Positions 9,715-19,140 of a stretch of DNA of 64,000 nt are shown in pieces (the stretch's first letter is position 1; every line of letters starts with the position of its first letter). The translations under genes were made by a program, and so were the position numbers. The notes under the pieces were generated by a model. The model had not been told where the DNA came from and made no database searches. It was given only the letters and a program-made list of their open reading frames with translations. The stretch is from Blastocatellia bacterium (GTDB lineage Bacteria; Acidobacteriota; Blastocatellia; UBA7656), in the NCBI GenBank assembly GCA_963765495.1, contig CAVXWP010000001.1, forward strand, positions 320,001 through 384,000, in the 5' to 3' direction.

Positions 9715-10209
9715 ATGAAGACAGGCAGGCTGATAAAAGCCTTATCGATAATCGCGCTACTGTGTTGGATCGCTATCGCGGGCGCGGCTCAGATGAAAAG
9801 CGTTGCCCCGAAACACGTCGTGGATGCCGAGTTCAAGGCGCTCATAGACAGCTACTATGCCGCGTGGAATACGCTCGATCTCGAACAGCCCGACAAGTAT
9901 TATGCTAAGGACGCGGACCTGACTTTTTACGATATAGCCCCGCTTCAGTACAAGAACTGGGCCGAGTATAAAAACGGCGTCAAGCAGTTGTTCACCCAGT
10001 ACTCCAGTTTCAAACTGATACCAAACGACGACCTGAAAGTAGTTCGTCACGGAGATGTAGCCTGGACACTTTTGACTTTCAAGATTTCGGCAGTGGAAAA
10101 AGATGGCACGCCGTCTGAACTCGTGGCCCGGCATACGGCAATCTGGGAGAAACGCGGCGGCAAATGGCTGATCGTGCACGAACATGTATCGGTGCCGCTT
10201 TCCGATTAG
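9715..10209 (+). CDS. Secreted NTF2/SnoaL-like (DUF4440-type) protein
   Basis: Signal peptide; C-terminal RHTAIWEKRGGKWLIVHEHVSVP; RBS AAGGAG. Confidence 0.85.
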   Translation: MKTGRLIKALSIIALLCWIAIAGAAQMKSVAPKHVVDAEFKALIDSYYAAWNTLDLEQPDKYYAKDADLTFYDIAPLQYKNWAEYKNGVKQLFTQYSSFKLIPNDDLKVVRHGDVAWTLLTFKISAVEKDGTPSELVARHTAIWEKRGGKWLIVHEHVSVPLSD

Positions 10210-10214
10210 GTATA

Positions 10215-10245
10215 ATCTGAGATTTGAAATCTGAAATCTCAAATC
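10215..10245. repeat. 7-nt ATTTGAG/ATCTCAA palindromic repeat
   Basis: atctgagatttgaaatctgaaatctcaaatc; relatives at 9554, 13938, 17031, 43800 and 58291. Confidence 0.75.
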
Positions 10246-10252
10246 AATAGAC

Positions 10253-11641
10253 ATGATAGTGATGAAATTCGGCGGCACATCCGTCCAGGATCAAGCCGCC
10301 ATCAATCAGGTAGCAAGTATCGTTGAGGGTCGAATCGAACATGCCCCTGTCGTGATCGTCTCGGCAATGGCTCGCGTCACAGACGGGTTGCTAAGCGTCG
10401 CGCGCGCGGCCATGAACCGCCAGTTCGATGAAGTGATGCGTGTCGTTACGGAATTGCGCGAGCGCCATCTGATAGCCGCCCGCCAGTTGCTCGCAGATGC
10501 CGTTTCCGAGAGCAGGCTGCTCAATACGACGGAGCAAGCCATCCATGAGCGCTTTGCCGAACTCGAGCGGCTCGTGATGTCTGTGACCACGCTCGGCGAA
10601 CTGACGCCCCGCTCTCAGGATGCGATTGTTTCATTTGGCGAGCGGTTGTCATCGGTGATTGTCGAGGCTGCGCTCAGGGCGCGAGGCATCAAGAGCGAGC
10701 TTGTCGATTCGCGCCAATTCATTATCACCGACGATCATTTCACGAGCGCCTCGCCCCGCGTGCCAGAGACCGAATCTCGCGTCCGACGGGTGTTGCTGCC
10801 TATTATCGAATCCGGCCGCGTGGCCGTAGCGCAGGGTTTTATCGGCTCGACCGAAGACAATGTGACTACGACGATAGGGCGAGGCGGATCAGATTATTCG
10901 GCGGCCCTGATAGGCACGGCTCTCGATGCCCGTTCCATCGAGATATGGACCGACGTTGACGGGCTTATGACCGCCGACCCTCGCGTAATCCCCGAAGCGC
11001 GGCGAATAAGAGTGATTTCGTTTGCCGAAGCGGCGGAACTTTCCTATTTTGGGGCCAAAGTCTTGCACCCGAGCACGGTGCTGCCCGCCGTTGAGAAGGG
11101 GATACCCGTCCACATCTACAACACTCGCAATCCGTCGTGCGAAGGGACGCTGATCATAGCGCGGCCCGCGCCTTCGCGTAACCTCATCAAGTCAATCGCA
11201 TTCAAGCGCGGCGTCTCGATAGTCAATGTCACATCCACCCGGATGCTTATGGCGTACGGATTTCTGCGGGCCATTTTCGATGTCTTTGACCGCCATCAGA
11301 CATCCGTCGATGTCGTGACAACATCGGAGGTATCCGTCTCGATGACGCTGGATAACACCGATCACCTTGAAGCCATCAAAAGCGACCTCTCCCACATAGG
11401 CGGCGTGACGGTTGATCGCGACAAGGCGATTGTTTGTGTGGTTGGAGACAATTTAAAATTCAAGCCCGGCGTTGCCGCGCGACTGTTTCAGGCCGTCAAC
11501 ACTACCAACGTAAATATGATCAGCCAGGGCGCATCAGAGATAAATCTCACTTTTGTTATTGATGACGGGGAAGTAGAACGAGTAGCGCGCTCGCTGCACA
11601 ATGAGTTTTTCAATCAAATTGACCCGGATGTGTTTGCGTGA
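10253..11641 (+). CDS. lysC: Aspartate kinase (LysC/AKIII type)
   Basis: MKFGGTSV, GRGGSDYSA, IWTDVDG and FGAKVLHP motifs; two ACT domains. Confidence 0.95.
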   Translation: MIVMKFGGTSVQDQAAINQVASIVEGRIEHAPVVIVSAMARVTDGLLSVARAAMNRQFDEVMRVVTELRERHLIAARQLLADAVSESRLLNTTEQAIHERFAELERLVMSVTTLGELTPRSQDAIVSFGERLSSVIVEAALRARGIKSELVDSRQFIITDDHFTSASPRVPETESRVRRVLLPIIESGRVAVAQGFIGSTEDNVTTTIGRGGSDYSAALIGTALDARSIEIWTDVDGLMTADPRVIPEARRIRVISFAEAAELSYFGAKVLHPSTVLPAVEKGIPVHIYNTRNPSCEGTLIIARPAPSRNLIKSIAFKRGVSIVNVTSTRMLMAYGFLRAIFDVFDRHQTSVDVVTTSEVSVSMTLDNTDHLEAIKSDLSHIGGVTVDRDKAIVCVVGDNLKFKPGVAARLFQAVNTTNVNMISQGASEINLTFVIDDGEVERVARSLHNEFFNQIDPDVFA

Positions 11642-11711
11642 TGCGTGATTTACCTGTCTTGCGGGTTATCTTTAAGAGGCGACTTCCTGAAAATCACGCA
11701 TCACGCATCAC
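11635..11711. repeat. 7-nt TGCGTGA/TCACGCA palindromic element
   Basis: tgcgtgatgcgtga...tcacgcatcacgcatca; includes the lysC stop. Confidence 0.8.
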
Positions 11712-11715
11712 TGCT

Positions 11716-12819
11716 TTAGCTTCCTTCGCCAAAGCCGGTCAGTCGGCCGTCAAACATCATATCCGGGCCGAGTCGCCGCATCTTGATTGAGGAGAATGTT
11801 ATCGCCTCACTCAGGCGGGTTATGCCCAGTTCGCCTATGGCTTCCCGGCCACGGCCAATTATTTTTGGAGCTATAGCGACAACGAGGCGGTCAACTTTGC
11901 CCGCCGAAAGAAGCGAAGTCATAATACCCGCCCCGCCTTCGACCAGAACCGACGCCACTTTTCGGCGGCCAAGCTCGGCAAGCAACTTCGAGAGGTCTAC
12001 GCCTGAACGTCCGGTTGCTTTGGGCAATCGCAGTACTTCCGCCCCGGCTTTTTCGAGTTCACCGGCGCGAGCGGTGTCGCACAGATCGGTTGTAGCAATC
12101 AGCGTATGATGAGCCGCCCCGCCCGCTATGACACGCGCGCCTAAAGGTATGCGCAGGCGGCTGTCAACGACTACGCGAAGAGGGTCGCGCCCGTTTACAA
12201 GCCTGACCGTCAGGCGCGGGTCGTCGGCAAGGAGGGTTCCAATGCCTACGAGGATAGCGTCGTGCTCGCGCCGAAGTTGATGGGCCAGCTTTAAGGCGGA
12301 GGTGCTGCTTATCCATTGTGAATCGCCGCTAGCCGTGGCGATGCGCCCGTCGAGCGTTTCGGCAAACTTTACCGTCACAAACGGCTCTCCCGTCTTTGAA
12401 AACTTCAGGTATCGTTCATTCGCCTCGCGGCATTCCTGCTCGCACAGACCCGTCTCGATTTTGATGCCTGCCGCTCTGAGTCGCTCAAGCGCGGGGCGAG
12501 CATCCTCCGGGTGATTGAGAAGACCTATCACCAGGCGATCCGGGCGGCATTCGATTATCCGGCGCAGACAGCCTTCTATATCGGTCGAATCGGAGCCCGG
12601 CTCGGCATTGGTGTAGATGGTTGCGCCGCGAGCAAGTGCGCCTGCCCGGTCGAGCGCAGAGACGATGGCGGAACCTTTCTCGCGTGCAAAACCCCGGCCC
12701 ACTACTTGACTGTCGGCCAGAACAACTCCGCCCACGAGAGGCTCACGCGACGGTCTATTTGTGCCCTTGCGCGCCAGGCGCAAAGCTTCGCGCATAAATC
12801 GTTCGTCTGTTGGTTTCAT
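11716..12819 (-). CDS. ribD: RibD-like pyrimidine reductase with degenerate deaminase domain
   Basis: Reductase motifs TLDGRIA, SQWIS, AILVGIGTLLADDPRLTVR and VLVEGG are intact; the deaminase HAE and PC Zn ligands are absent. Confidence 0.85.
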   Translation of the reverse strand: MKPTDERFMREALRLARKGTNRPSREPLVGGVVLADSQVVGRGFAREKGSAIVSALDRAGALARGATIYTNAEPGSDSTDIEGCLRRIIECRPDRLVIGLLNHPEDARPALERLRAAGIKIETGLCEQECREANERYLKFSKTGEPFVTVKFAETLDGRIATASGDSQWISSTSALKLAHQLRREHDAILVGIGTLLADDPRLTVRLVNGRDPLRVVVDSRLRIPLGARVIAGGAAHHTLIATTDLCDTARAGELEKAGAEVLRLPKATGRSGVDLSKLLAELGRRKVASVLVEGGAGIMTSLLSAGKVDRLVVAIAPKIIGRGREAIGELGITRLSEAITFSSIKMRRLGPDMMFDGRLTGFGEGS

Positions 12820-12920
12820 GACTGGACCGATTTCAGTTTAACTCAGCGCCGAGACCACCGTGAAGTCGCTCGCCACTTCGTTTGCAGATCGTTTTGACTT
12901 GCGGATAGAATCAGGTTGGT

Positions 12921-13283
12921 ATGATCGTCGAACTGGTAAAAGAGTTTTCCTTTGAATCTGCGCACCGATTGCCCGAAGTGCCAAAGGGTCACAAGTGCGC
13001 CCGCCTGCACGGACACTCCTTCCGATGTGAGGTTGCCGTGCGCGGCGAGGTGAATCCAAAGACAGGGTGGTTTATTGACTACGCCGAAATAACCGAGGCG
13101 TTCGAGCCTTTGCGCGCTCGACTCGATCACTATTATCTCAACGAGATTGACGGGCTTGAAAACCCTACAAGCGAGAACCTGTCTCGCTGGATATGGGAGC
13201 GGCTGGAAGGAAGGCTTGCGGGACTTCACCGCGTGACGATACGCGAAACCTGTACGGCGCGATGCGATTACTTTGGCCTGTAG
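12921..13283 (+). CDS. queD: 6-carboxy-5,6,7,8-tetrahydropterin synthase
   Basis: FESAHRL, KCARLHGHS, LDHYYLN, NPTSEN and RET motifs. Confidence 0.93.
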   Translation: MIVELVKEFSFESAHRLPEVPKGHKCARLHGHSFRCEVAVRGEVNPKTGWFIDYAEITEAFEPLRARLDHYYLNEIDGLENPTSENLSRWIWERLEGRLAGLHRVTIRETCTARCDYFGL

Positions 13284-13300
13284 CCCGCGCTTTTTACTAC

Positions 13301-13936
13301 ATGCGAATCACCGAGATTTATAAAAGCATTCAGGGCGAATCGAGCTATGCCGGGCTGCCCTGCGTCTTCGTTCGCACTACCGGATGCGATCTGAGGTGTA
13401 GCTGGTGCGATTCGGAATTTACCTTTACCGGCGGCACGCGGATGACGCTTGACGAGATTACAGCCGAAGTCGAAAAGTACGCGTGCGATCTGGTGGAACT
13501 GACGGGAGGCGAACCGCTCTTGCAGCCCGAAATTTTCGAACTGGCCACGCGGCTCGCGGACGCGGGCCACACGGTCCTGATCGAGACGGGCGGGCACCGC
13601 GACATATCAGGCCTCGATGAGCGAGTGATTCGCATAATGGATTTGAAGTGCCCCGCGTCGGGCGAATGCGAAAAAAATCTCTGGTCCAACCTTGATAACC
13701 TCCGCCCGGTCGATGAGGTGAAATTCGTAATTGCCGGTCGCGGCGATTATGAATGGGCTCTGGCCACCATCCGCGAGCATCGCCTCGAAGACCGCGCAAA
13801 GATTTTGATCTCAACCGTATTCGATCAGGTCAAACCGCAAGAGGTTGTCGAATGGATGCTCGAAGACAAATTGCGCGCCCGCTTTCAGCTTCAACTCCAC
13901 AAATACATCTGGCCGGCTGATGCGCGCAGGGTCTAA
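13301..13936 (+). CDS. queE: 7-carboxy-7-deazaguanine synthase (radical SAM)
   Basis: EIYKSIQGES, CDLRCSWCD, TGGEPLLQ and QLHK motifs; ATG at 13301. Confidence 0.92.
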   Translation: MRITEIYKSIQGESSYAGLPCVFVRTTGCDLRCSWCDSEFTFTGGTRMTLDEITAEVEKYACDLVELTGGEPLLQPEIFELATRLADAGHTVLIETGGHRDISGLDERVIRIMDLKCPASGECEKNLWSNLDNLRPVDEVKFVIAGRGDYEWALATIREHRLEDRAKILISTVFDQVKPQEVVEWMLEDKLRARFQLQLHKYIWPADARRV

Positions 13937-13937
13937 C

Positions 13938-13975
13938 GAGATTTGAGACTTGAGAACCGAGATTTGAAATCTCAG
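13938..13975. repeat. 7-nt ATTTGAG repeat between convergent genes
   Basis: gagatttgagacttgagaaccgagatttgaaatctcag; contains the stop of the 13972 gene. Confidence 0.7.
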
Positions 13976-16179
13976 CGCCGTTTTCTGAGTCGTTCCAACC
14001 AGGACAAAGGAGAATGGCCGAGGCTGTTGGCAGGCGGCTTGATGCCAAGCAGATCGGCCACAAACGGAGCCACGTCTATCGAGCGAATAGTCTTTATCGT
14101 TAAGCCGTGTGGCAAAAGCGGCCCCCGAGTGATGAAACTGGCGAGCATCTCATCTCGCGTAGGCCTGAAGCCATGCGCTCCGTAAGGCGCGCGGCTTTGA
14201 GTGACGACATCCCCCGTCAGCGAATCAGAGACGGCGTATCCGGGCGACAGCTCGAAATACACGTCTCCATCTGCCGGGCCGCCGATCCCAAATTCGTCCG
14301 CATACTCTTTAGCCTTGAAGAATCGCGTGAATACCGGTCGCCCGGTTTCAGGGTCTCGCACCTTTCGAAGCGCCCGCTCGACCTCATCGGCTACCGCATC
14401 GCGCTCGCCTGTGGGCACTATGCCTCCGAGCCAGTCTTTTGTGTTTAGCAGCACTGAATACTTCAGGTAAAATGCCTTGGTCCGCGATTGATCAATTCTG
14501 CCCTCGTCATTTACGAAGAGTAGACCGGCATCGCGCAGCGCAACGTTTACTCTCACCTCTTTTGCTATCGGAGACATGCCGTGATCGCTTACAAAGATGA
14601 GGTATCCGCCTGCTCCCGCGAGTTTGTCGAGCAGCGCCACGCGGGTGTCAATTGCCGCGTAGCCCCATCGGCGATAAATATCTATTCGGCGTTTTACCTT
14701 TTGCGCGACTCGTGTTACATCCGGGCGCGCAAGGCCGTACCACGTGTGCTCCATCTCGTCGGGATAGGGGCAATAATCCATCAGCAGGCGAGGGTGATAA
14801 TGGTCATAAAGCCAGTTTGTCAGACGGTTAAACTGGCGTATGACCATCTCCATCCCTTCAAGATAACGCCGCTCCGCCGTTCCATTTCCCCCCGCGTATA
14901 ATTGCTTTCCGAGCAGCCCGTCGCTGTATAGATAAGAAGGCCCGTTGCCGATAAAGCCACCGGCTTCTTTCAAAATGGTCTTTACGACGGCGCGGGAGTT
15001 TTCAGTGCCGTCATACATCGCAAGCTCATAGATGCCCGGCTGGTAAAGAAAGAAATCGCCGCCGTCCCGGGCAAGTTCAAAGAGCCGAAAATAGGCGATT
15101 GTCGGCGTTGCTTTTTCGCCTGCCGCAAGCGGCAACCCCTCGCTGAAATGGCGGGCGAGCGCGCGCGCGCGCGGAGGCGCGCTTTCAAGTGGGGCGGGCG
15201 CTACTCGCACTCGCGGCCCCTTGCGGTCGATAGCCACAAACATCGCCGTGTAGCCCTGTGCCCGGTTCTTTTCGGCTACGAGCGCGCCGTGGAAGGTCAC
15301 ATCTTTTACGGTCCAACTGAAGGCGCGTACGGGCAGCGCAGATTTCGGAAGCGCGGGTGTCCATTCGCCCGAATCTTCCGGCTTCGAATTGGCGGCGCGA
15401 ATGACCGTGCCCGGCGCGAGCATCCGTGGCCCGTACCCGCTCACAAGAACAGGAGCGGGGTCTCTTCCCGGCCCCGTCACCACGGGCGCAAACGGGTAAT
15501 TTTGCGTTGTTTGATGCGCGACTACGCTCACGCCCTGCCGGGCTGCCGTCACCCACAAAGGTTCGGCGCGAAGCAGGTCGCCGTCGTAACCCGAGCGTTG
15601 TTCGAATGCCGTATGCTCGTTTCTGGGCAGGAGCCGGTTCTCAGCCGAAGCGATCCCGTTCACATTGCTGTAAGCTCCTGTCCAGAGGGATGCGTGGCCC
15701 ACGGGTGTGACGCTTGGGAATGCCTGAATCATGCCGCGAGCCGTAACTCCACGGGCAGCTATTCGCCGAAGCGAGCGCAACTGGCTTGTGACCGGGTCTT
15801 TTGACCAGATGTGATAGGCAAATCCATCCAGGCTCGCGAGTATGACTCTTGTCTGCGGGGCACTTGCCTGCGGGGCACTTGTCTGTGGGGCGCTTGACTG
15901 CGACTTCTGGGCATCTGATTCCGGGCGAGCCCCGGCGGCTACGGGAAGAATCCCTCCGCAGACAAACAACGCGATCAGAAGAAGGGATAAGACACTCCCG
16001 GCAAATCTTGAGAGAGAATTATACTCGTTTCCGTTTGACTGTAGGGGCAGCCCTTGTGGCTGCCCGGATCGCGCGTTAGCGCGATGGCAGCCATCGCCCT
16101 TCGGGCGATCCGGGCAAGGACAAGCCTTGCCCCTACATTTGCTCCATATGCATCTGGAAACCGGTCTATTCTTTTGCAT
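13972..16179 (-). CDS. Alkaline-phosphatase-superfamily nucleotide pyrophosphatase/phosphodiesterase
   Basis: SLDG, FPSVTPVGHASLWTG, DEMEH, SDHGM and GAHGF motifs; start uncertain (16179 chosen). Confidence 0.82.
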   Translation of the reverse strand: MQKNRPVSRCIWSKCRGKACPCPDRPKGDGCHRANARSGQPQGLPLQSNGNEYNSLSRFAGSVLSLLLIALFVCGGILPVAAGARPESDAQKSQSSAPQTSAPQASAPQTRVILASLDGFAYHIWSKDPVTSQLRSLRRIAARGVTARGMIQAFPSVTPVGHASLWTGAYSNVNGIASAENRLLPRNEHTAFEQRSGYDGDLLRAEPLWVTAARQGVSVVAHQTTQNYPFAPVVTGPGRDPAPVLVSGYGPRMLAPGTVIRAANSKPEDSGEWTPALPKSALPVRAFSWTVKDVTFHGALVAEKNRAQGYTAMFVAIDRKGPRVRVAPAPLESAPPRARALARHFSEGLPLAAGEKATPTIAYFRLFELARDGGDFFLYQPGIYELAMYDGTENSRAVVKTILKEAGGFIGNGPSYLYSDGLLGKQLYAGGNGTAERRYLEGMEMVIRQFNRLTNWLYDHYHPRLLMDYCPYPDEMEHTWYGLARPDVTRVAQKVKRRIDIYRRWGYAAIDTRVALLDKLAGAGGYLIFVSDHGMSPIAKEVRVNVALRDAGLLFVNDEGRIDQSRTKAFYLKYSVLLNTKDWLGGIVPTGERDAVADEVERALRKVRDPETGRPVFTRFFKAKEYADEFGIGGPADGDVYFELSPGYAVSDSLTGDVVTQSRAPYGAHGFRPTRDEMLASFITRGPLLPHGLTIKTIRSIDVAPFVADLLGIKPPANSLGHSPLSWLERLRKRR
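16041..16136. repeat. GTAG-type REP doublet (REPIN-like), in frame within the CDS
   Basis: GTAGGGGCAGCCCTTGTGGCTGCCC ... GGGCAAGGACAAGCCTTGCCCCTAC; 96 bp. Confidence 0.8.
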
Positions 16180-16246
16180 TTCGTAATAAAGGAATCCCCG
16201 GAATAACCGAGCGAGCAATTGGCAGGTCACTCGATACTCTTTCGAG

Positions 16247-17014
16247 TTACATTCCCATGATGTGATAACCGCTGTCTACGTGAAGGATTTCTCCGGTCAC
16301 GCCGCGCGACATATCGGAAAGCAGAAACATCGCCGCGTCTGCGACTTCGGCCTGATCCACGTTACGGCGCAGAGGCGCGTGATTTCGCATGTGTTCGAGT
16401 ATCTTTGAAAATCCGCCGATGCCTGCCGAGGCAAGCGTCTTGACCGGCCCGGCTGAAATCGCGTTCACTCTTATCCCGCGCGCCCCAAGGTCCCACGCCA
16501 GATAACGCATGCTCATGTCGAGCGAGGCTTTTGCTACGCCCATGACGTTGTAGTGCGGGATGACTCGCTCGCCGCCCAGATAGGTGAGCGTCACTATGGA
16601 GCCGCCCACGCCTTCCATAAGCGGCGCGGCGTGACGGGCGATGGCCGTAAGCGAATAAGAGCTTACCTCTTGCGCGATGCGATACCCGTCCCGAGATGTG
16701 TTTAAGTATTCGCCTTCCAACTCTTCTTTCAGGGCAAAGGCTATGCCGTGAACCACGAAATTGAGTTGGCCGAACTCTTCGCGAATGCGATCAAACACCG
16801 TGGCTACCTCTTCATCCTTGTTGACATCGCAGGGCAGCACCAGCGGGTTATCAATGGTGGCCGCAAGCGCGCGCGCGTTCTCTTCCAGTCGCTCGCCCTG
16901 ATAGGTGATAGCGATCCGCGCTCCCTCTTCGGCTGCCCGCCGGGCGATGGCCCAGGCCAGAGAGCGTTTGTTTGCCACTCCGAAAACTATTCCGGTCTTT
17001 CCGTCTAATAGCAT
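16247..17014 (-). CDS. fabI: Enoyl-ACP reductase
   Basis: GVANKRSLAW, YNVMGVAKASL, RVNAISAGP and HVDSGY motifs. Confidence 0.96.
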   Translation of the reverse strand: MLLDGKTGIVFGVANKRSLAWAIARRAAEEGARIAITYQGERLEENARALAATIDNPLVLPCDVNKDEEVATVFDRIREEFGQLNFVVHGIAFALKEELEGEYLNTSRDGYRIAQEVSSYSLTAIARHAAPLMEGVGGSIVTLTYLGGERVIPHYNVMGVAKASLDMSMRYLAWDLGARGIRVNAISAGPVKTLASAGIGGFSKILEHMRNHAPLRRNVDQAEVADAAMFLLSDMSRGVTGEILHVDSGYHIMGM

Positions 17015-17030
17015 GGTTCTCCTCTGAATA

Positions 17031-17062
17031 ATCTCCGATTTGAGATTTGGGATTTCAAATCC
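17031..17062. repeat. 7-nt ATTTGAG repeat
   Basis: atctccgatttgagatttgggatttcaaatcc, abutting the M28 gene stop. Confidence 0.65.
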
Positions 17063-18937
17063 TTATTGTCGTTTGTCGGGCGTGAGCTTCAGAGTCACTT
17101 CGCGACCGTCGCGACGAACGACGATATCGACTTCCTGTCCGGGGGTCAGTTCGCCAAGCGCGAAGGTATAGTCGTACACGTTTTTGATAGGAAGCCCGGC
17201 CAGTTTCGTGACCACATCGCCTGCGCGCAATCCGGCGCGTTCGGCCGGCGACCCTGCGCGCACTCCGTCAAGTTTTAGTCCTTCCTCTTGATCCGAATAG
17301 TTGGGAACCGTACCGAGATAGACTCGGAAGCCGCGCCCCGTTGGTCTTGATTCCGTTTTGACGCGGGTAAAGGCTATGCGCTCGGGCTCGGATGCAATCG
17401 CCTCGGTAAGGTCTCGCACAAACTCGACTATCTGTTTTTCGCCTTCGAAATTTATCTTATCGGCGGTGTCTGACGGCTTATGATAATCGTCGTGCGTGCC
17501 GGTGAAGAAGAAGAGGACCGGAACGTCTTTCACATAAAAAGATTGATGATCGCTCGGCCCGTAGCCGTCCTGAGAAAACTTCATCTGAAACCGTGCGCTC
17601 TCTTTCGGGCCGTTGAGTTTTTCGAGCAGACTGTTCCAGGCGGGCGAAGTGCCTACGCCGCCGATCATCAGAGAATCTTCGCGGAGGCGACCGACCATGT
17701 CCATATTGATCATCGCAACCGTAGAGGCGAGGGGCACCAGCGGATTTTTGGTATAAGCGGCCGAGCCGAGAAGCCCAAGTTCTTCGCCCGAAAAGGCTAA
17801 AAAGAGGATGCTCCGTCGGGGCCGGTTGCTATCGGCAGATAAGATGTGCGCCAACTCCATCAGCGCAGCCGTCCCCGATGCGTTATCATCGGCGCCGTGG
17901 TGTATTTCTCCTTCCGGGTTTTGCGCGAGCGATTCTGAGCCGCCCAGACCCAGATGATCGTAATGCGCGCCCAGGATTATGTATTCATCCTTGAGTTTGG
18001 GATCGCTGCCGGGCAAAAGGCCGACCACGTTTGCGCTGTTGCCGTCGATCTTTTTCACATCGGTTTTGAACTCGACCGTCACATTCTTGACCGCAAGCGG
18101 CGCGGGCGATTTGACCGCCTGCTTTTCAACCTCGTCAAGCGACGAGCCCGAGGCGCTAAGCAGAGACTGGGCTACCTGCCGAGTTACCACGACAGCGGGA
18201 ACGCCAGCGTCCAGAAAATTCAAATCGTGGCGAAGCCGGGATAATACATCGTCGTGAAAATCCTTTTCGGAGCTGACAAATATCACTCCGCTAGCGCCTT
18301 TCTCTCGGGCCTTGACGGTCTTTTTCTGTATCTCAAGCCCGGGCGCGGTATAGTCGGCAAATCGCCCGTGAGGGTTGTCGCCGTCGGGGCTGCCGCGCAT
18401 TATCATCACGATCTTTCCGGCCGGGTCAACGCCTGCGTAGTTGTCATATTGAAGCTCGGGCGCGCTGATGCCGTAGCCCGCAAAGACCAGCTGACCCGAA
18501 GCGGGCGTGGATGAAGAAAAAGCCAGAGGCATGTAATCTTCCGTTACCTTGAGCGAGCGCGGACCGGCAGCCGTCTTCACCTGAAAGCTGTTCTCGTCTC
18601 CAAGCTCGACGCGCGAAACGAATGTAAAAGGCTGACGATAATTTGTTCCCGGGAGAGGTTGTAACCCGGCGGCGCGAAATTGGCGGGATATATAATCTGC
18701 CGCGCGGTCAGCGCCCGAGGTTCCGGCGCGGCGGCCCTGCAATTTGTCGCTTGCCAGATATACTATGTCGCGCCTGAGCCTGAAAAGCGAAACGCGATTA
18801 TCCCGGGCGGCTTTCGGCGCGTGCTGGCCGTAGACCGCAAAGCTATTTATATTCGTTATTGGCGTAACCGGCGCGATCAGCAAAGCAATCGCCGCGAGCA
18901 ATAGCCCGGCTTTTTTAATCATCGTAAGAACTCCCAT
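17063..18937 (-). CDS. M28 aminopeptidase with PA and PDZ domains
   Basis: GAHYDHLG, GADDNASG, GEELGLLGS, NMDMVG and SDH motifs; C-terminal PDZ (GSPAERAGL). Confidence 0.92.
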   Translation of the reverse strand: MGVLTMIKKAGLLLAAIALLIAPVTPITNINSFAVYGQHAPKAARDNRVSLFRLRRDIVYLASDKLQGRRAGTSGADRAADYISRQFRAAGLQPLPGTNYRQPFTFVSRVELGDENSFQVKTAAGPRSLKVTEDYMPLAFSSSTPASGQLVFAGYGISAPELQYDNYAGVDPAGKIVMIMRGSPDGDNPHGRFADYTAPGLEIQKKTVKAREKGASGVIFVSSEKDFHDDVLSRLRHDLNFLDAGVPAVVVTRQVAQSLLSASGSSLDEVEKQAVKSPAPLAVKNVTVEFKTDVKKIDGNSANVVGLLPGSDPKLKDEYIILGAHYDHLGLGGSESLAQNPEGEIHHGADDNASGTAALMELAHILSADSNRPRRSILFLAFSGEELGLLGSAAYTKNPLVPLASTVAMINMDMVGRLREDSLMIGGVGTSPAWNSLLEKLNGPKESARFQMKFSQDGYGPSDHQSFYVKDVPVLFFFTGTHDDYHKPSDTADKINFEGEKQIVEFVRDLTEAIASEPERIAFTRVKTESRPTGRGFRVYLGTVPNYSDQEEGLKLDGVRAGSPAERAGLRAGDVVTKLAGLPIKNVYDYTFALGELTPGQEVDIVVRRDGREVTLKLTPDKRQ

Positions 18938-19007
18938 TTTGAAATCAGGATTTGTTATTGAACTGAGAAAGCATCATATCGGTGAGCGTGAATCAGTGTC
19001 AATGGGT

Positions 19008-19140
19008 GGGGGCCGGGGGCCAGGGGCCGGGGGCCGGTTTATTGGCGATCTTGGGTGTTGATTATACGATAGCTACTCATATTCGATCAGTTATTTCCAA
19101 ACAGAATTACCGGCCCCCGACCCCCGACCCCCGGCCCCCG
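19008..19140. repeat. 7-nt GGGGCC(A/G) palindromic element, copy 1
   Basis: gggggccgggggccaggggccgggggccgg...ccggcccccgacccccgacccccggcccccg; abuts the mlaD stop. Confidence 0.8.

Noticed and set aside
10210-10252. Lysine riboswitch upstream of lysC
   Set aside because: Only 43 bp, filled by the ATTTGAG repeat
12820-12920. preQ1 or FMN riboswitch between ribD and queD
   Set aside because: No recognisable aptamer consensus; the region is short and holds a -10 box close to the queD ATG
12921-13936. queDE as part of a 7-deazaguanine DNA-modification (dpd) island
   Set aside because: No dpdA/tgt-like, helicase or other defence genes nearby; ordinary queuosine synthesis is more likely
15850-15896. 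15-bp tandem (SAPQT/A x3); also ADSKK x2 at 25440 and QTLTS repeats near 44000
   Set aside because: In-frame linker duplications after signal peptides; common and without clear function
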